A DNA stretch of 64,000 bases from an uncultured virus (IMG/VR IMGVR_UViG_3300012665_000884) (lineage: Duplodnaviria > Heunggongvirae > Uroviricota > Caudoviricetes), in IMG/VR virus record IMGVR_UViG_3300012665_000884; one strand, 5' to 3'. Below the pieces are notes generated by a model that saw only the letters and a list, made by a program, of their open reading frames with translations, was not told the DNA's origin and did not search any database. This document shows, one piece after another, positions 1-8,413 of the stretch. Every line of letters starts with the position of its first letter. Position 1 is the first letter of the stretch. A program made the position numbers and the translations under genes.

Positions 1-116
1 GAGTTGACGTAAACACTAAATCAAAATAAATGCAAATGACGAAAGTTACGCATTGTCAGCCTAAACGCTGACTAGGGTTTCGGATGGTTTCCTCGTAACA
101 GAATAACCATCCACTT
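1..116 (+). ncRNA. ssrA: tmRNA, 3' part (tag reading frame and terminal structures); probably the coding piece of a permuted two-piece tmRNA, truncated by the window edge
   Basis: AAAUAAAU|GCA resume context; 32-64 reads ANDESYALSA*; stop codon sits in hairpin GTCAGC(55-60)/GCTGAC(67-72); then GGATGGTT(82-89)/AACCATCC(105-112) stem enclosing GTAACAGAA; no T-arm/CCA follows. Confidence 0.85.
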
Positions 117-143
117 TACACATACAACACACAAGGAGAAAAA

Positions 144-407
144 ATGAGTATGAGTCCCTTTGAGATTCGCTTAGAATTACTGAAAATGGCAAAAGACATG
201 CTAGAATCAGACTACTTCGGCGAGAGAGAAAAAATAGCCAATCAGTTCGCAATGGACTGTGATGTTGCAAAATCAAAAGGTGCAGAAACACCTAAGCATC
301 CTGGCTATCCAAAATACCCAGCAGAAAAAGAAATCATCGACAAAGCCGCTACATTGAATGCGTTCGTGTCTATGATGCCGGACACTTCTAAACCTAAGAA
401 GTCTTGA
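144..407 (+). CDS. hypothetical protein (conserved-looking phage protein, FEIRLELLKMA motif)
   Basis: 87 aa ORF with strong SD AAGGAG. Confidence 0.75.
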   Translation: MSMSPFEIRLELLKMAKDMLESDYFGEREKIANQFAMDCDVAKSKGAETPKHPGYPKYPAEKEIIDKAATLNAFVSMMPDTSKPKKS

Positions 408-413
408 TTGGGT

Positions 414-431
414 AAGGGCAATTTTGCCCTT
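414..431 (+). terminator. stem-loop (possible terminator or processing site)
   Basis: AAGGGCAA/TTGCCCTT inverted repeat just after the stop at 407; short T tail. Confidence 0.45.
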
Positions 432-451
432 TACACACAGAAAGGAAAAAT

Positions 452-1009
452 ATGCGAAGTATGCCTATACTTTTGAGTATTATGCTATCAGCAGTTATCT
501 TATCGTTATCAATGGTAAATATTAGACAACCTGACTTACCAATTAAAGCAACATATAATGTACTAACGGCAGACCTACAGAAGCAGGTTCAATGTTTAGC
601 GGAGAATATTTACTTTGAGGCAGGACATGAGTCCTATGAAGGTAAACAAGCCGTAGGTTTCGTGACACTAAACAGATTACAAACTGGTAACTATGCCAGC
701 GATATTTGTGGTGTTGTGCAACAGAAGAATGGTAATCTTTGCCAGTTCTCATGGTATTGTGATAAGACTATTACCAGCAAACGCTTGACTATCAAGCACA
801 CTCCGTTGTATAATGAGATATTGCAGATTGCAACGAACCTCGTTGTGAACTTTGAGAGGATGGTTGATGTGACAAAGGGTGCAACTTACTATCATGCCAA
901 CTATGTTAATCCTGGTTGGACAAGATTGGACAAGGTTCACACTATTGGTAATCACATTTTTTATAAACGCAGTTCGGACAGAATTGACAGAAATAAAGGA
1001 ATTATATGA
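452..1009 (+). CDS. SleB-like cell wall hydrolase (Hydrolase_2) with N-terminal signal/TM segment
   Basis: CLAENIYFEA, CQFSWYC, TKGATYYHANYVNPGW and IGNHIFY motifs; hydrophobic N-terminus. Confidence 0.9.
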   Translation: MRSMPILLSIMLSAVILSLSMVNIRQPDLPIKATYNVLTADLQKQVQCLAENIYFEAGHESYEGKQAVGFVTLNRLQTGNYASDICGVVQQKNGNLCQFSWYCDKTITSKRLTIKHTPLYNEILQIATNLVVNFERMVDVTKGATYYHANYVNPGWTRLDKVHTIGNHIFYKRSSDRIDRNKGII

Positions 1010-1224
1010 ACAAAGACTTGATTACAATCTTAACTTGTGTTACAATTGTTGCTTGCACACTAATTGTAAGTGCATTCAATTATAACACAACGAATCAAAA
1101 CAATATGGCCAAAAACATCGAAGCGGCTATCGCCAAGGGAGTTGATCCAGTTTCAGTTAAGTGCGCTTACGAAACAAACTCAAACTCAGTTTGCATCACA
1201 TATGCCGCAACTGCCAGAAAATGA
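1006..1224 (+). CDS. small membrane-anchored hypothetical protein
   Basis: 72 aa, N-terminal TM helix, SD AAGGA, overlaps both neighbours by ATGA. Confidence 0.65.
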   Translation: MNKDLITILTCVTIVACTLIVSAFNYNTTNQNNMAKNIEAAIAKGVDPVSVKCAYETNSNSVCITYAATARK

Positions 1225-2387
1225 GTGAAGTAACAAAAACACTCCAACAAATTATGTCAAGAGTTAATACTACAGATGCACCTCCTATTCGTCGGTGGTC
1301 ATCTAGTCGGCGTATCAAGCGCCGCTCACGCAAACGACTATTTGACAATTGGACATATGACACAAACGAAACACCAGCACATATTATGAGTAACGAAAAA
1401 ATCTTTATTGGCGCCAGCGACTACGGCGATTATGTAGTATCCCAACTGTTGGACAAACGAACAACAGAAGGTAAGTCCACAGTCACACGTGAATTGAAAC
1501 TTCTCGGTGGTCGTAAAAAATGGCACGAATTTTTCGAAGATGAATTTGATGGCGATCATATCATCGAATTCACAGATTCGAATGGCATCATTATCACAGA
1601 TGGTGAGAATTTTGTTCGTTATAATGTTAACTCAAATACAATCACAGTTAACATGCATGGTGATGACACTTTCATAGAAGACATTGAGAAGATTCTTCTT
1701 ACACACTTTGAGGAAGTTACATCATACATTGAATGGATTTATTCCAGTGACGGTAACTCAGTGAACGTTCCTTTGAACGTTGATCGTTTGCCTGTTGATG
1801 AAATGTATCCTTTCCTCAAGGACGAAAAGTTGACTGACTACTATGACCGCTACTTGGCATCCAACGCCAACATTCTGTTGTTGATTGGACCACCTGGTAC
1901 TGGTAAGACAACATTCATTCGTGGACTGTTGGCACACACCAATTCATCAGCGATTGTGACATACGATGCGGCTATTCTCGAAAAAGATTATCTGTTTGCA
2001 CGATTCATTGAAGACGACACTGGTGTTATGGTTCTGGAAGATTCTGATAACTTCCTAAAAGCCCGAAGTGATGGTAACACAATGATGCACCGATTTTTGA
2101 ACGTTGGTGATGGTTTGGTTACAACAAAAGGTAAGAAGTTGATTTTCTCAACCAACTTGCCGAGCATTCGTGATGTTGATCCTGCTCTGATTCGTCCAGG
2201 TAGATGTTTTGATGTGTTGTCGTTTGACCAATTGAGTGGTGTTGAGGCATCTAAGTTGGCTGATAAACTTGGTGTTACATACGAAACCAAACCTGAAGGT
2301 AAGTATAGTATCGCTGAAATCTTCAACAAGAAAGTTGAAGGTACTACCAATAATAATCGTGTTGGTAGCAAAATGGGTTTTGTTTAA
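1221..2387 (+). CDS. AAA+ ATPase
   Basis: Walker A GPPGTGKT, Walker B-like VLEDSD, SRH DPALIRPGRCFD; ATG at 1221 overlaps upstream stop (start uncertain). Confidence 0.88.
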   Translation: MSEVTKTLQQIMSRVNTTDAPPIRRWSSSRRIKRRSRKRLFDNWTYDTNETPAHIMSNEKIFIGASDYGDYVVSQLLDKRTTEGKSTVTRELKLLGGRKKWHEFFEDEFDGDHIIEFTDSNGIIITDGENFVRYNVNSNTITVNMHGDDTFIEDIEKILLTHFEEVTSYIEWIYSSDGNSVNVPLNVDRLPVDEMYPFLKDEKLTDYYDRYLASNANILLLIGPPGTGKTTFIRGLLAHTNSSAIVTYDAAILEKDYLFARFIEDDTGVMVLEDSDNFLKARSDGNTMMHRFLNVGDGLVTTKGKKLIFSTNLPSIRDVDPALIRPGRCFDVLSFDQLSGVEASKLADKLGVTYETKPEGKYSIAEIFNKKVEGTTNNNRVGSKMGFV

Positions 2388-2401
2388 TTAAGGAGTATAT
2401 T

Positions 2402-2674
2402 ATGGCTGTACAACAATTTTCTATCAATCAAATCTCTAGTGAAGCAGACCGCAAGAAATTGCTTGATGCTATCAAAGAGTGTTCTAATTCAATGGTCCGT
2501 ATTGATGGTGAAAAAGACTTCATCAAAGAAGCGGTCAACAAAGTGTGTGACGACCTGAAATTGCCTAAACGGATCGTCAACCGCTTGGTCAAAGTTTATC
2601 ACAAACAAAACTATGACGAAGAGGTGGCAACACACGAACAGTTCGAACAGCTTTACGAAACGATTGTTAAGTGA
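2402..2674 (+). CDS. dsbA: DsbA-like double-stranded DNA-binding protein
   Basis: 90 aa, RLVKVYHKQNY motif, position directly before gp33-59-32 as in T4; SD AAGGAG. Confidence 0.75.
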   Translation: MAVQQFSINQISSEADRKKLLDAIKECSNSMVRIDGEKDFIKEAVNKVCDDLKLPKRIVNRLVKVYHKQNYDEEVATHEQFEQLYETIVK

Positions 2675-2895
2675 TGCCAACAAAAGATGAGATGTACCAG
2701 TTTCAGATGAAGATTGAAGAAATCGTTGTCGAAACTAAGTACAACTACATGGAAGCAATCGTTCATCATTGTGAACTTACTGGTATGGAGATTGAACTGG
2801 CTTCATCACTGGTAAACAAAGACCTTAAGGCAAAGATTGAGGTTGATGCACAAGAATTGAATATGTTACCAAAAACCACTAGACTTCCTATTTGA
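2671..2895 (+). CDS. 33: late promoter transcription coactivator gp33
   Basis: F..KIEEIV..NYMEAIVHHCE..LKAKIEVDAQELNML pattern; synteny. Confidence 0.88.
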   Translation: MMPTKDEMYQFQMKIEEIVVETKYNYMEAIVHHCELTGMEIELASSLVNKDLKAKIEVDAQELNMLPKTTRLPI

Positions 2896-2908
2896 TTTGT
2901 GATATAAT
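2880..2908 (+). promoter_or_regulatory. sigma70-type promoter for gene 59
   Basis: TAGACT(2880-2885), 17-bp spacer, TATAAT(2903-2908) with extended TG. Confidence 0.6.
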
Positions 2909-2914
2909 TACATT

Positions 2915-3493
2915 ATGACTGGCTATGAAGCATTCTCTCTGTATCATGTATTGAAACTACATTTTACGACAGATTACGACTATTTTAAATACAACGGCAA
3001 GTCCAATATTAGCATTGATGCATTCGAGAAACGAAGAGACAAGTTCCACTTCTACAAGTTGTCACGTAAATATGACACTGAAGAATACAAACAGTTTATC
3101 GTTTCGAATATGTTAAACAGTGATAAGACTTGGGCTGGTTCTTTGCTTGAGGAAGATGCACACACAATTCATTTGAAGCGTGTTGCAATTATTCAAGCAT
3201 TGGGCTACAATTTTAAAAATGATTGTGCATTGATAGCCGAACGTGGTAACTTTAATGAACTCTTGCACACAGATGGTGATTATCCCGAATTACTAACTAT
3301 GGCACTGCAAGGTGAAATTAATGTTGAAACTGTGTGTATTCTGAATTCGCTATTGAATTTCATGTCCATGTGGCAGAGAAAGATTAATGATGATATTCGC
3401 TATCCTAATCTTCACAGAAAATGGATTAAATACATACCATTTATTATGTTTGACCGAACCAAGTTTCGTGAAATTGCTTTGAAAGAATTGTGA
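2915..3493 (+). CDS. 59: helicase loader gp59
   Basis: LKLHFTTDYDYFKYNGK..FEKRRDKFHFYKLSRK N-terminal motif; synteny. Confidence 0.92.
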   Translation: MTGYEAFSLYHVLKLHFTTDYDYFKYNGKSNISIDAFEKRRDKFHFYKLSRKYDTEEYKQFIVSNMLNSDKTWAGSLLEEDAHTIHLKRVAIIQALGYNFKNDCALIAERGNFNELLHTDGDYPELLTMALQGEINVETVCILNSLLNFMSMWQRKINDDIRYPNLHRKWIKYIPFIMFDRTKFREIALKEL

Positions 3494-3984
3494 TGATTGA
3501 TAAGATTTATTTGGATATGGACGGTGTTCTCTGTAACTTTGAGCGCCGTTATTTTGAGTTATACAATGAACTCCCAGGTTCAATGCGTGACCGTAAAGAC
3601 TTTAATGTTCATTGGCACAACTTCATTGAAACAAAGCAATTTGAAACTTTGGCTTGGTATCCTGGTGGAAAAGAATTGATAGATTTTTGTATGAAAACAA
3701 AACTACCAATTGAGTTGTTGACTTCATCTGGTGGTGCTAAACACCACGGAGAAGTTGAACGACAAAAAAATGTTTGGTTGAAAAATAACGGTCTAGGTTC
3801 ATTAACTGCTAACGTAGTTTCTGGACGCAAACGCAAAGCAGAATATGCTACACCAAACACAATTCTGGTTGATGATACACCCGATGTTATTCAGTCGTTC
3901 AATACGGCAGGTGGTATTGGTATTCTTCACAAAGAAATTGGTAATACTTTGATGATGCTGAAAAGTAGAATTGAACTTTACTAA
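3490..3984 (+). CDS. HAD-family 5'(3')-deoxyribonucleotidase-like protein
   Basis: IYLDMDGVLCNF motif I and ILVDD motif. Confidence 0.85.
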   Translation: MMIDKIYLDMDGVLCNFERRYFELYNELPGSMRDRKDFNVHWHNFIETKQFETLAWYPGGKELIDFCMKTKLPIELLTSSGGAKHHGEVERQKNVWLKNNGLGSLTANVVSGRKRKAEYATPNTILVDDTPDVIQSFNTAGGIGILHKEIGNTLMMLKSRIELY

Positions 3985-3999
3985 ATAACATGATATAAT
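3971..3999 (+). promoter_or_regulatory. sigma70-type promoter for gene 32 with embedded late-promoter-like CTAAATA
   Basis: TTGAAC(3971-3976), 17 bp, TGnTATAAT(3991-3999); CTAAATA at 3981-3987. Confidence 0.7.
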
Positions 4000-4052
4000 G
4001 AATCATGTGGATAATTTAATACAACGCATACAATTTATACAAGGAAAATAAT

Positions 4053-4946
4053 ATGTCTTTCGCTAATCTAAAACGCAACCGTGACGGCCTAGAAAAACTT
4101 ACTAAGGCTATTGAGAGCACCACACAAAACGCTGAGGCTGGCTCCAAAGATGACACCCGATTCTGGACAGCAACTGTAGACAAATCCGGCAACGGTATGG
4201 CTACTATTCGTTTCTTGCCTGCCCCAGGTATTGACGGTGAAGATGGACTCCCATGGGTTCGCCGTTTTGACCACGGCTTTCAAGGACCAGGTGGTTGGTT
4301 CATTGATAACTGCTTGACTACTACGGGTGATAAGTGTCCTGTGTGTGAACACAACTCCACTCTGTGGAACTCAGGTGTTGAAGCAAACAAAGAAATCGTT
4401 CGTAAACAAAAGCGCCGCTTGAGTTATATTGCGAACATCTATGTTGTTTCTGATCCAGCACATCCAGAAAATGATGGTACTGTTCGATTGTTCAAATTCG
4501 GTAAGAAGATTTTCGATAAAATCTCTGAAGCAATGAATCCAGAATTTGCAGACGAAACTCCAGTTAACCCATTTGACTTCTGGGACGGTGCAAACTTCAA
4601 ATTGAAGATTCGTAATGTTGAAGGATATCGCAACTATGATAAGTCGGAGTTTGCGGCTCCAGGTGTATTGTTTGATGATGACGAAAAATTAGAAGCCATC
4701 TACAAACAAGAACACTCACTGAAAGACTTCACTGATAAGAAGAACTTCAAGCCATATGAGCAATTGAAGGCACGTTTGGACAAAGTGTTGGGTTTTGAGG
4801 GTGATGCACTTCCGAGCATTCGTGCAGAAGATGTTGAATTGCCAGCACACACACCAGCACCAGTTCGTACGGCTGCTCCAAAAGCGCCTGTGGCTAGTAC
4901 CAACGATGATGACTTGGATTACTTCAAGTCTCTCGCTGAAGATTAA
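4053..4946 (+). CDS. 32: single-stranded DNA-binding protein gp32
   Basis: GNGMATIRFLP, HGFQGPGGW, Zn ligands NCLTT..CPVC, FKFGKKIFDKI, acidic C-terminal tail. Confidence 0.97.
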   Translation: MSFANLKRNRDGLEKLTKAIESTTQNAEAGSKDDTRFWTATVDKSGNGMATIRFLPAPGIDGEDGLPWVRRFDHGFQGPGGWFIDNCLTTTGDKCPVCEHNSTLWNSGVEANKEIVRKQKRRLSYIANIYVVSDPAHPENDGTVRLFKFGKKIFDKISEAMNPEFADETPVNPFDFWDGANFKLKIRNVEGYRNYDKSEFAAPGVLFDDDEKLEAIYKQEHSLKDFTDKKNFKPYEQLKARLDKVLGFEGDALPSIRAEDVELPAHTPAPVRTAAPKAPVASTNDDDLDYFKSLAED

Positions 4947-4971
4947 ACGATTCTCTCCCAAAGAAAAGTTT

Positions 4972-4996
4972 GACCCCGCCTAGTGCGGGGTTTTTC
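4972..4996 (+). terminator. rho-independent terminator between convergent genes
   Basis: ACCCCGC-CTAGT-GCGGGGT stem followed by T run. Confidence 0.85.
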
Positions 4997-4997
4997 A

Positions 4998-6680
4998 TTA
5001 GTACATTCTATCTGCTAACATTCTACCGAACTCTGTATCCATGATATCTGCGGTAGAAATTGTTATAGGAGAATTTTGTTGTCCGCCACTGGTGCTGCCG
5101 TTGTTGTTTACGATATTATTCACCGTGCCACCACCACTACTTTGAGTTTCACGTGCCAAGGAAGCCATTTGTGTGCTAGATTGCGAAAGAGTGCCACCGG
5201 ATGTGCCGCCAGCAGAAGCCATTAACACATTCTGTAATGCTGATGCGGATGTTAATACTTTATTTCCTGCAATACCCGTATAATCTGATGTTCCGTCTGC
5301 CTTGGGTAAACTGGCCCAAGTGCCGGCTAGCTTACTTTGGAATTGTTCTAATCCAATTTTTCCAGCTTTGAAGTCTTGGTAGCCTGCTCTGTCTACCAAA
5401 ATACCAGCTAACTGATCCTGAACTTCAGGTGTAAATTTTGTTGAAGTTGGTATTCCAGATTGTCTAACCAAATCTTCAAGTGTTCCTTTTAAGAATTGAT
5501 AACGACCAACTGCCGAACTTGCGTGACCTCTGGATTTCATTCCTGATTGATAATTCAACACTTCCTCAATCGACATGTTTGTTAGGTCTGCGCTTTTTGG
5601 AGTATTGTTCCCATAAACCAATGCGTTGTATTGAGCAGGACCACCTTCTTTGTTTCCGATAAAATCTAAGATTTGTCTTTTGCCAGGATCAATTTCTTTT
5701 GTCGGTGTAGTATCACGACCTACACCAGCACGGGATTTATAATTCTGCATTTTTTTAGCACGAAGATTGTTTTCTTCTTCACGTGCATTTTCTGATGCGT
5801 CTAGAATAGCAGAAGCAAATGATGTGTCGCCTCCCATGGCACCCAACATAGAATTTTCTTGTAATGCTTTTCTATTTTGTTTTTGTGATTCTGATGCCAT
5901 TACGGAAGTTGCAGCCACCGTAGCCGCTGCCCCACCCAATGCAACTGATCCCAATACACCTGTTGCTAATCCTGCGCCTGCGGCAGGAACTGACGAAACA
6001 CTTTTTCCCAAAACATTCTTTAAAATCCATTCAGCAAGCCCACCCAAAGCAGTTTTGAATAACTCGAAAGATGTTTTTAGTGCGGTTATTCCTAATTGAA
6101 CAGCGGCAACTAATCCAGACACTACAATTCCTATAGGACCCAACATCGACATTAACATGCCAGCGAAACTTTGTTTTTTCTCAGGCTCAATTTTTGTTGG
6201 TGTAGTTTTTTGTTTATTCGCAAACAATGATTCATACATTCCTTCCCTATCTTTTGCACTAGAGAAGAATGCGTCCGCTTTATTTGTAGCAATTCCGCCT
6301 TGCAGTTTCACCATCTTAATAATGTTTTGGCGCATCACGTTCATATCTCTGGCCATAGATGGTATAGCCATAGAGTTTTTAGCAGAAATTTGTGTATTCG
6401 TTGCAATGATATCCAACTTATCAGACTGTGCCGCCAGAATAGGTGCAGATTGTGATGATAGTTTATCTGACGAAGATTTGTCATTGATAGCAGAATAACC
6501 TTTACCGAAGATTTTTTTGCCAATAAGTGAACCAACACCTGAACCGCCAAATAATGCGTTTCTGATATCCAATTTTTCAAGTACACGTTTTCCTGTGGCT
6601 GAAGCCAAACCTCCAACGATACCTTTGGATTGATATTCCTGTTTTAGGATGTTTGATAGTCTACCGCTCTTATCTGCCAT
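4998..6680 (-). CDS. putative tail tape-measure/hub protein (gp29-like position) with C-terminal lysozyme-like muramidase domain
   Basis: 560 aa, helical N-terminus, central Gly/Ala hydrophobic segment, ILDFIGNKEG..YN..SSAVGRYQF..FTPEVQD..WASLP muramidase pattern; downstream of gp26/gp51. Confidence 0.7.
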   Translation of the reverse strand: MADKSGRLSNILKQEYQSKGIVGGLASATGKRVLEKLDIRNALFGGSGVGSLIGKKIFGKGYSAINDKSSSDKLSSQSAPILAAQSDKLDIIATNTQISAKNSMAIPSMARDMNVMRQNIIKMVKLQGGIATNKADAFFSSAKDREGMYESLFANKQKTTPTKIEPEKKQSFAGMLMSMLGPIGIVVSGLVAAVQLGITALKTSFELFKTALGGLAEWILKNVLGKSVSSVPAAGAGLATGVLGSVALGGAAATVAATSVMASESQKQNRKALQENSMLGAMGGDTSFASAILDASENAREEENNLRAKKMQNYKSRAGVGRDTTPTKEIDPGKRQILDFIGNKEGGPAQYNALVYGNNTPKSADLTNMSIEEVLNYQSGMKSRGHASSAVGRYQFLKGTLEDLVRQSGIPTSTKFTPEVQDQLAGILVDRAGYQDFKAGKIGLEQFQSKLAGTWASLPKADGTSDYTGIAGNKVLTSASALQNVLMASAGGTSGGTLSQSSTQMASLARETQSSGGGTVNNIVNNNGSTSGGQQNSPITISTADIMDTEFGRMLADRMY

Positions 6681-6818
6681 TTATCGCCTCTGCGCTTGCG
6701 CTTGTTTTAATTTTTCGTTTTCTTGTTCCAAATATGCAGTCAACATTCCCACGTAGATACTTCTCTCCCATGGAACCATATTTTCTAACTCTGTCAAACT
6801 GTACTTGTGGTGTTGCAT
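6681..6818 (-). CDS. 51: gp51-like baseplate hub assembly module (missing from ORF track; possibly made as a -1 frameshift fusion to gp26)
   Basis: Translates MQHHKYSLTELENMVPWERSIYVGMLTAYLEQENEKLKQAQAQRR*; frame stays open upstream (NHYQTNFAL) to the end of gp26. Confidence 0.85.
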   Translation of the reverse strand: MQHHKYSLTELENMVPWERSIYVGMLTAYLEQENEKLKQAQAQRR

Positions 6819-6868
6819 CAATGCGAAATTCGTTTGGTAATGATTAGTTAGATTATCATAGCCAAACG

Positions 6869-7609
6869 TTAACCGAAAAAACTTTGGATTCCTTCAAGTT
6901 CTATATTCTCTTCATATCCACATTTGACACATTTAAAATCCAATTTCTTTTTCAATTTAGGCATAGAACTGAAGAAATCTTTAATCTTCTCCAAATCTTT
7001 TGATTGCATACTTTCCACAAAATCAACCAACTCTTCTTCTTTCGCATCTTTACCATAATATATGTTGTCTTTGTCGTAAATAAAGTCGATACATTTTACA
7101 GTCATCTTGATAATTGAATCAACTTCATTATTCACATCAAAATCTTTGAGTAAATCAAATGTCGGATACTTCATGGTAACACCCATAGTGTCTGTAATTT
7201 GTATTGTCTTTTCCAACTTAATTGTATCTGGTGTAATCTCATTCAGATTCAAATCAATCTCAACAATATGATTACACTTCTTTTCTTCTTCCTCATTATC
7301 CAAATTTGGCAAAATGTTATTACACTTGTAACGCAAGTTGACAACTTCGCCCACGGAAACAGCACGTAATTTGAGAAACAGATATTCAATATCGAACAGT
7401 GGAAGTTCCTCAACATCAACATCTTTCGTGACAATACAATTATTCAATACTTGTTTGATTGAATCAATCACCGTATCAACTTCATCACTCTCATTTGCCA
7501 TGAGAAACAATTTCTCTTCTTTAACTGTAAATGCTCTATACTTAACAGTCTTGCCAGATGAAATAAGTTTTGTACTGTAAACTGGCACATCAATTTTTGG
7601 TAAAGCCAT
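6869..7609 (-). CDS. 26: baseplate hub assembly protein gp26-like
   Basis: MALPKI..YRAFTVKEEKL..FDIEYLFLKLRAVSVGE..MKYP..FFSSMPKL..CxxC..GIQSFF. Confidence 0.9.
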   Translation of the reverse strand: MALPKIDVPVYSTKLISSGKTVKYRAFTVKEEKLFLMANESDEVDTVIDSIKQVLNNCIVTKDVDVEELPLFDIEYLFLKLRAVSVGEVVNLRYKCNNILPNLDNEEEEKKCNHIVEIDLNLNEITPDTIKLEKTIQITDTMGVTMKYPTFDLLKDFDVNNEVDSIIKMTVKCIDFIYDKDNIYYGKDAKEEELVDFVESMQSKDLEKIKDFFSSMPKLKKKLDFKCVKCGYEENIELEGIQSFFG

Positions 7610-7624
7610 AATAACTCCGAATAA

Positions 7625-8413
7625 TTATAATAATGTTCTTGTGGCAAGATTGCCAACTTTTTGTGTGATTTCTTGGTTGAGTTGGTTAATAGGTTTAAGT
7701 AATCTCTCACCAAGTGTGCCGCCAATCTTCTCTGCAATTTGGTCAGCAATATTAATTTTACTATCGTAAATTGTTTTATATGATTGATATGAAAACTGGA
7801 CAGACACACGATGGAATCCATCTTCTGACCAGCTTAATTGTTGCGCTGATATGCCGATAGGAAATGCATCACGCATCTCAACGGCATATATTTGTTTCAC
7901 GAAGTCGTCATACTGTACGATTTTTATGTTTGTCATATATCGAGTAGATTCGCCTTTGGCATAACGCATGTTGTTGGTATCGGTTGGCATGATAGATTCT
8001 ATCCAACGGTCAAACAACTTACGTTCATAAAAATCATTCGTGCATAAGAATGTTAATGTTGCTTCATTGTATATTGACTGATATGGAACTTTATATGTTG
8101 GTCCATAAACCTTGGCATCGGCAGTCACCAGTGTTTTTCCAGGTAATTCTGTAGATTCGCACTGTAAACCAAGATAACGTGACAAAGAAGGATTTGCAGT
8201 TTTGCTTCCTTCTTCTTTTTCTTGTGTGCTAAAAATGCTGCCTAACTCTGCGGTCAAGTTTGCTGGTAAGTTTGTCAACTTCTCCAGAATAGACTGACCA
8301 ACAAAATTATTGATGTATGTCGGAATAGGTAAAACTACCTGGAAACGACTGGGCTTTGCCAGACCACCTTTGGCTCTGATATTTGATAGAAATTGATTTG
8401 GTTGAAATGCCAT
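7625..8413 (-). CDS. tail tube-like protein (gp19 family; gp54-like tube initiator)
   Basis: GGLAKPSRFQV, CESTELPGK, DAFPIGISAQQLSW tube-family motifs. Confidence 0.75.
   Translation of the reverse strand: MAFQPNQFLSNIRAKGGLAKPSRFQVVLPIPTYINNFVGQSILEKLTNLPANLTAELGSIFSTQEKEEGSKTANPSLSRYLGLQCESTELPGKTLVTADAKVYGPTYKVPYQSIYNEATLTFLCTNDFYERKLFDRWIESIMPTDTNNMRYAKGESTRYMTNIKIVQYDDFVKQIYAVEMRDAFPIGISAQQLSWSEDGFHRVSVQFSYQSYKTIYDSKINIADQIAEKIGGTLGERLLKPINQLNQEITQKVGNLATRTLL

Noticed and set aside
61..291. 76-aa minus-strand ORF over the window start
   Set aside because: Antisense to the tmRNA end and to ORF 144-407, which has a strong SD
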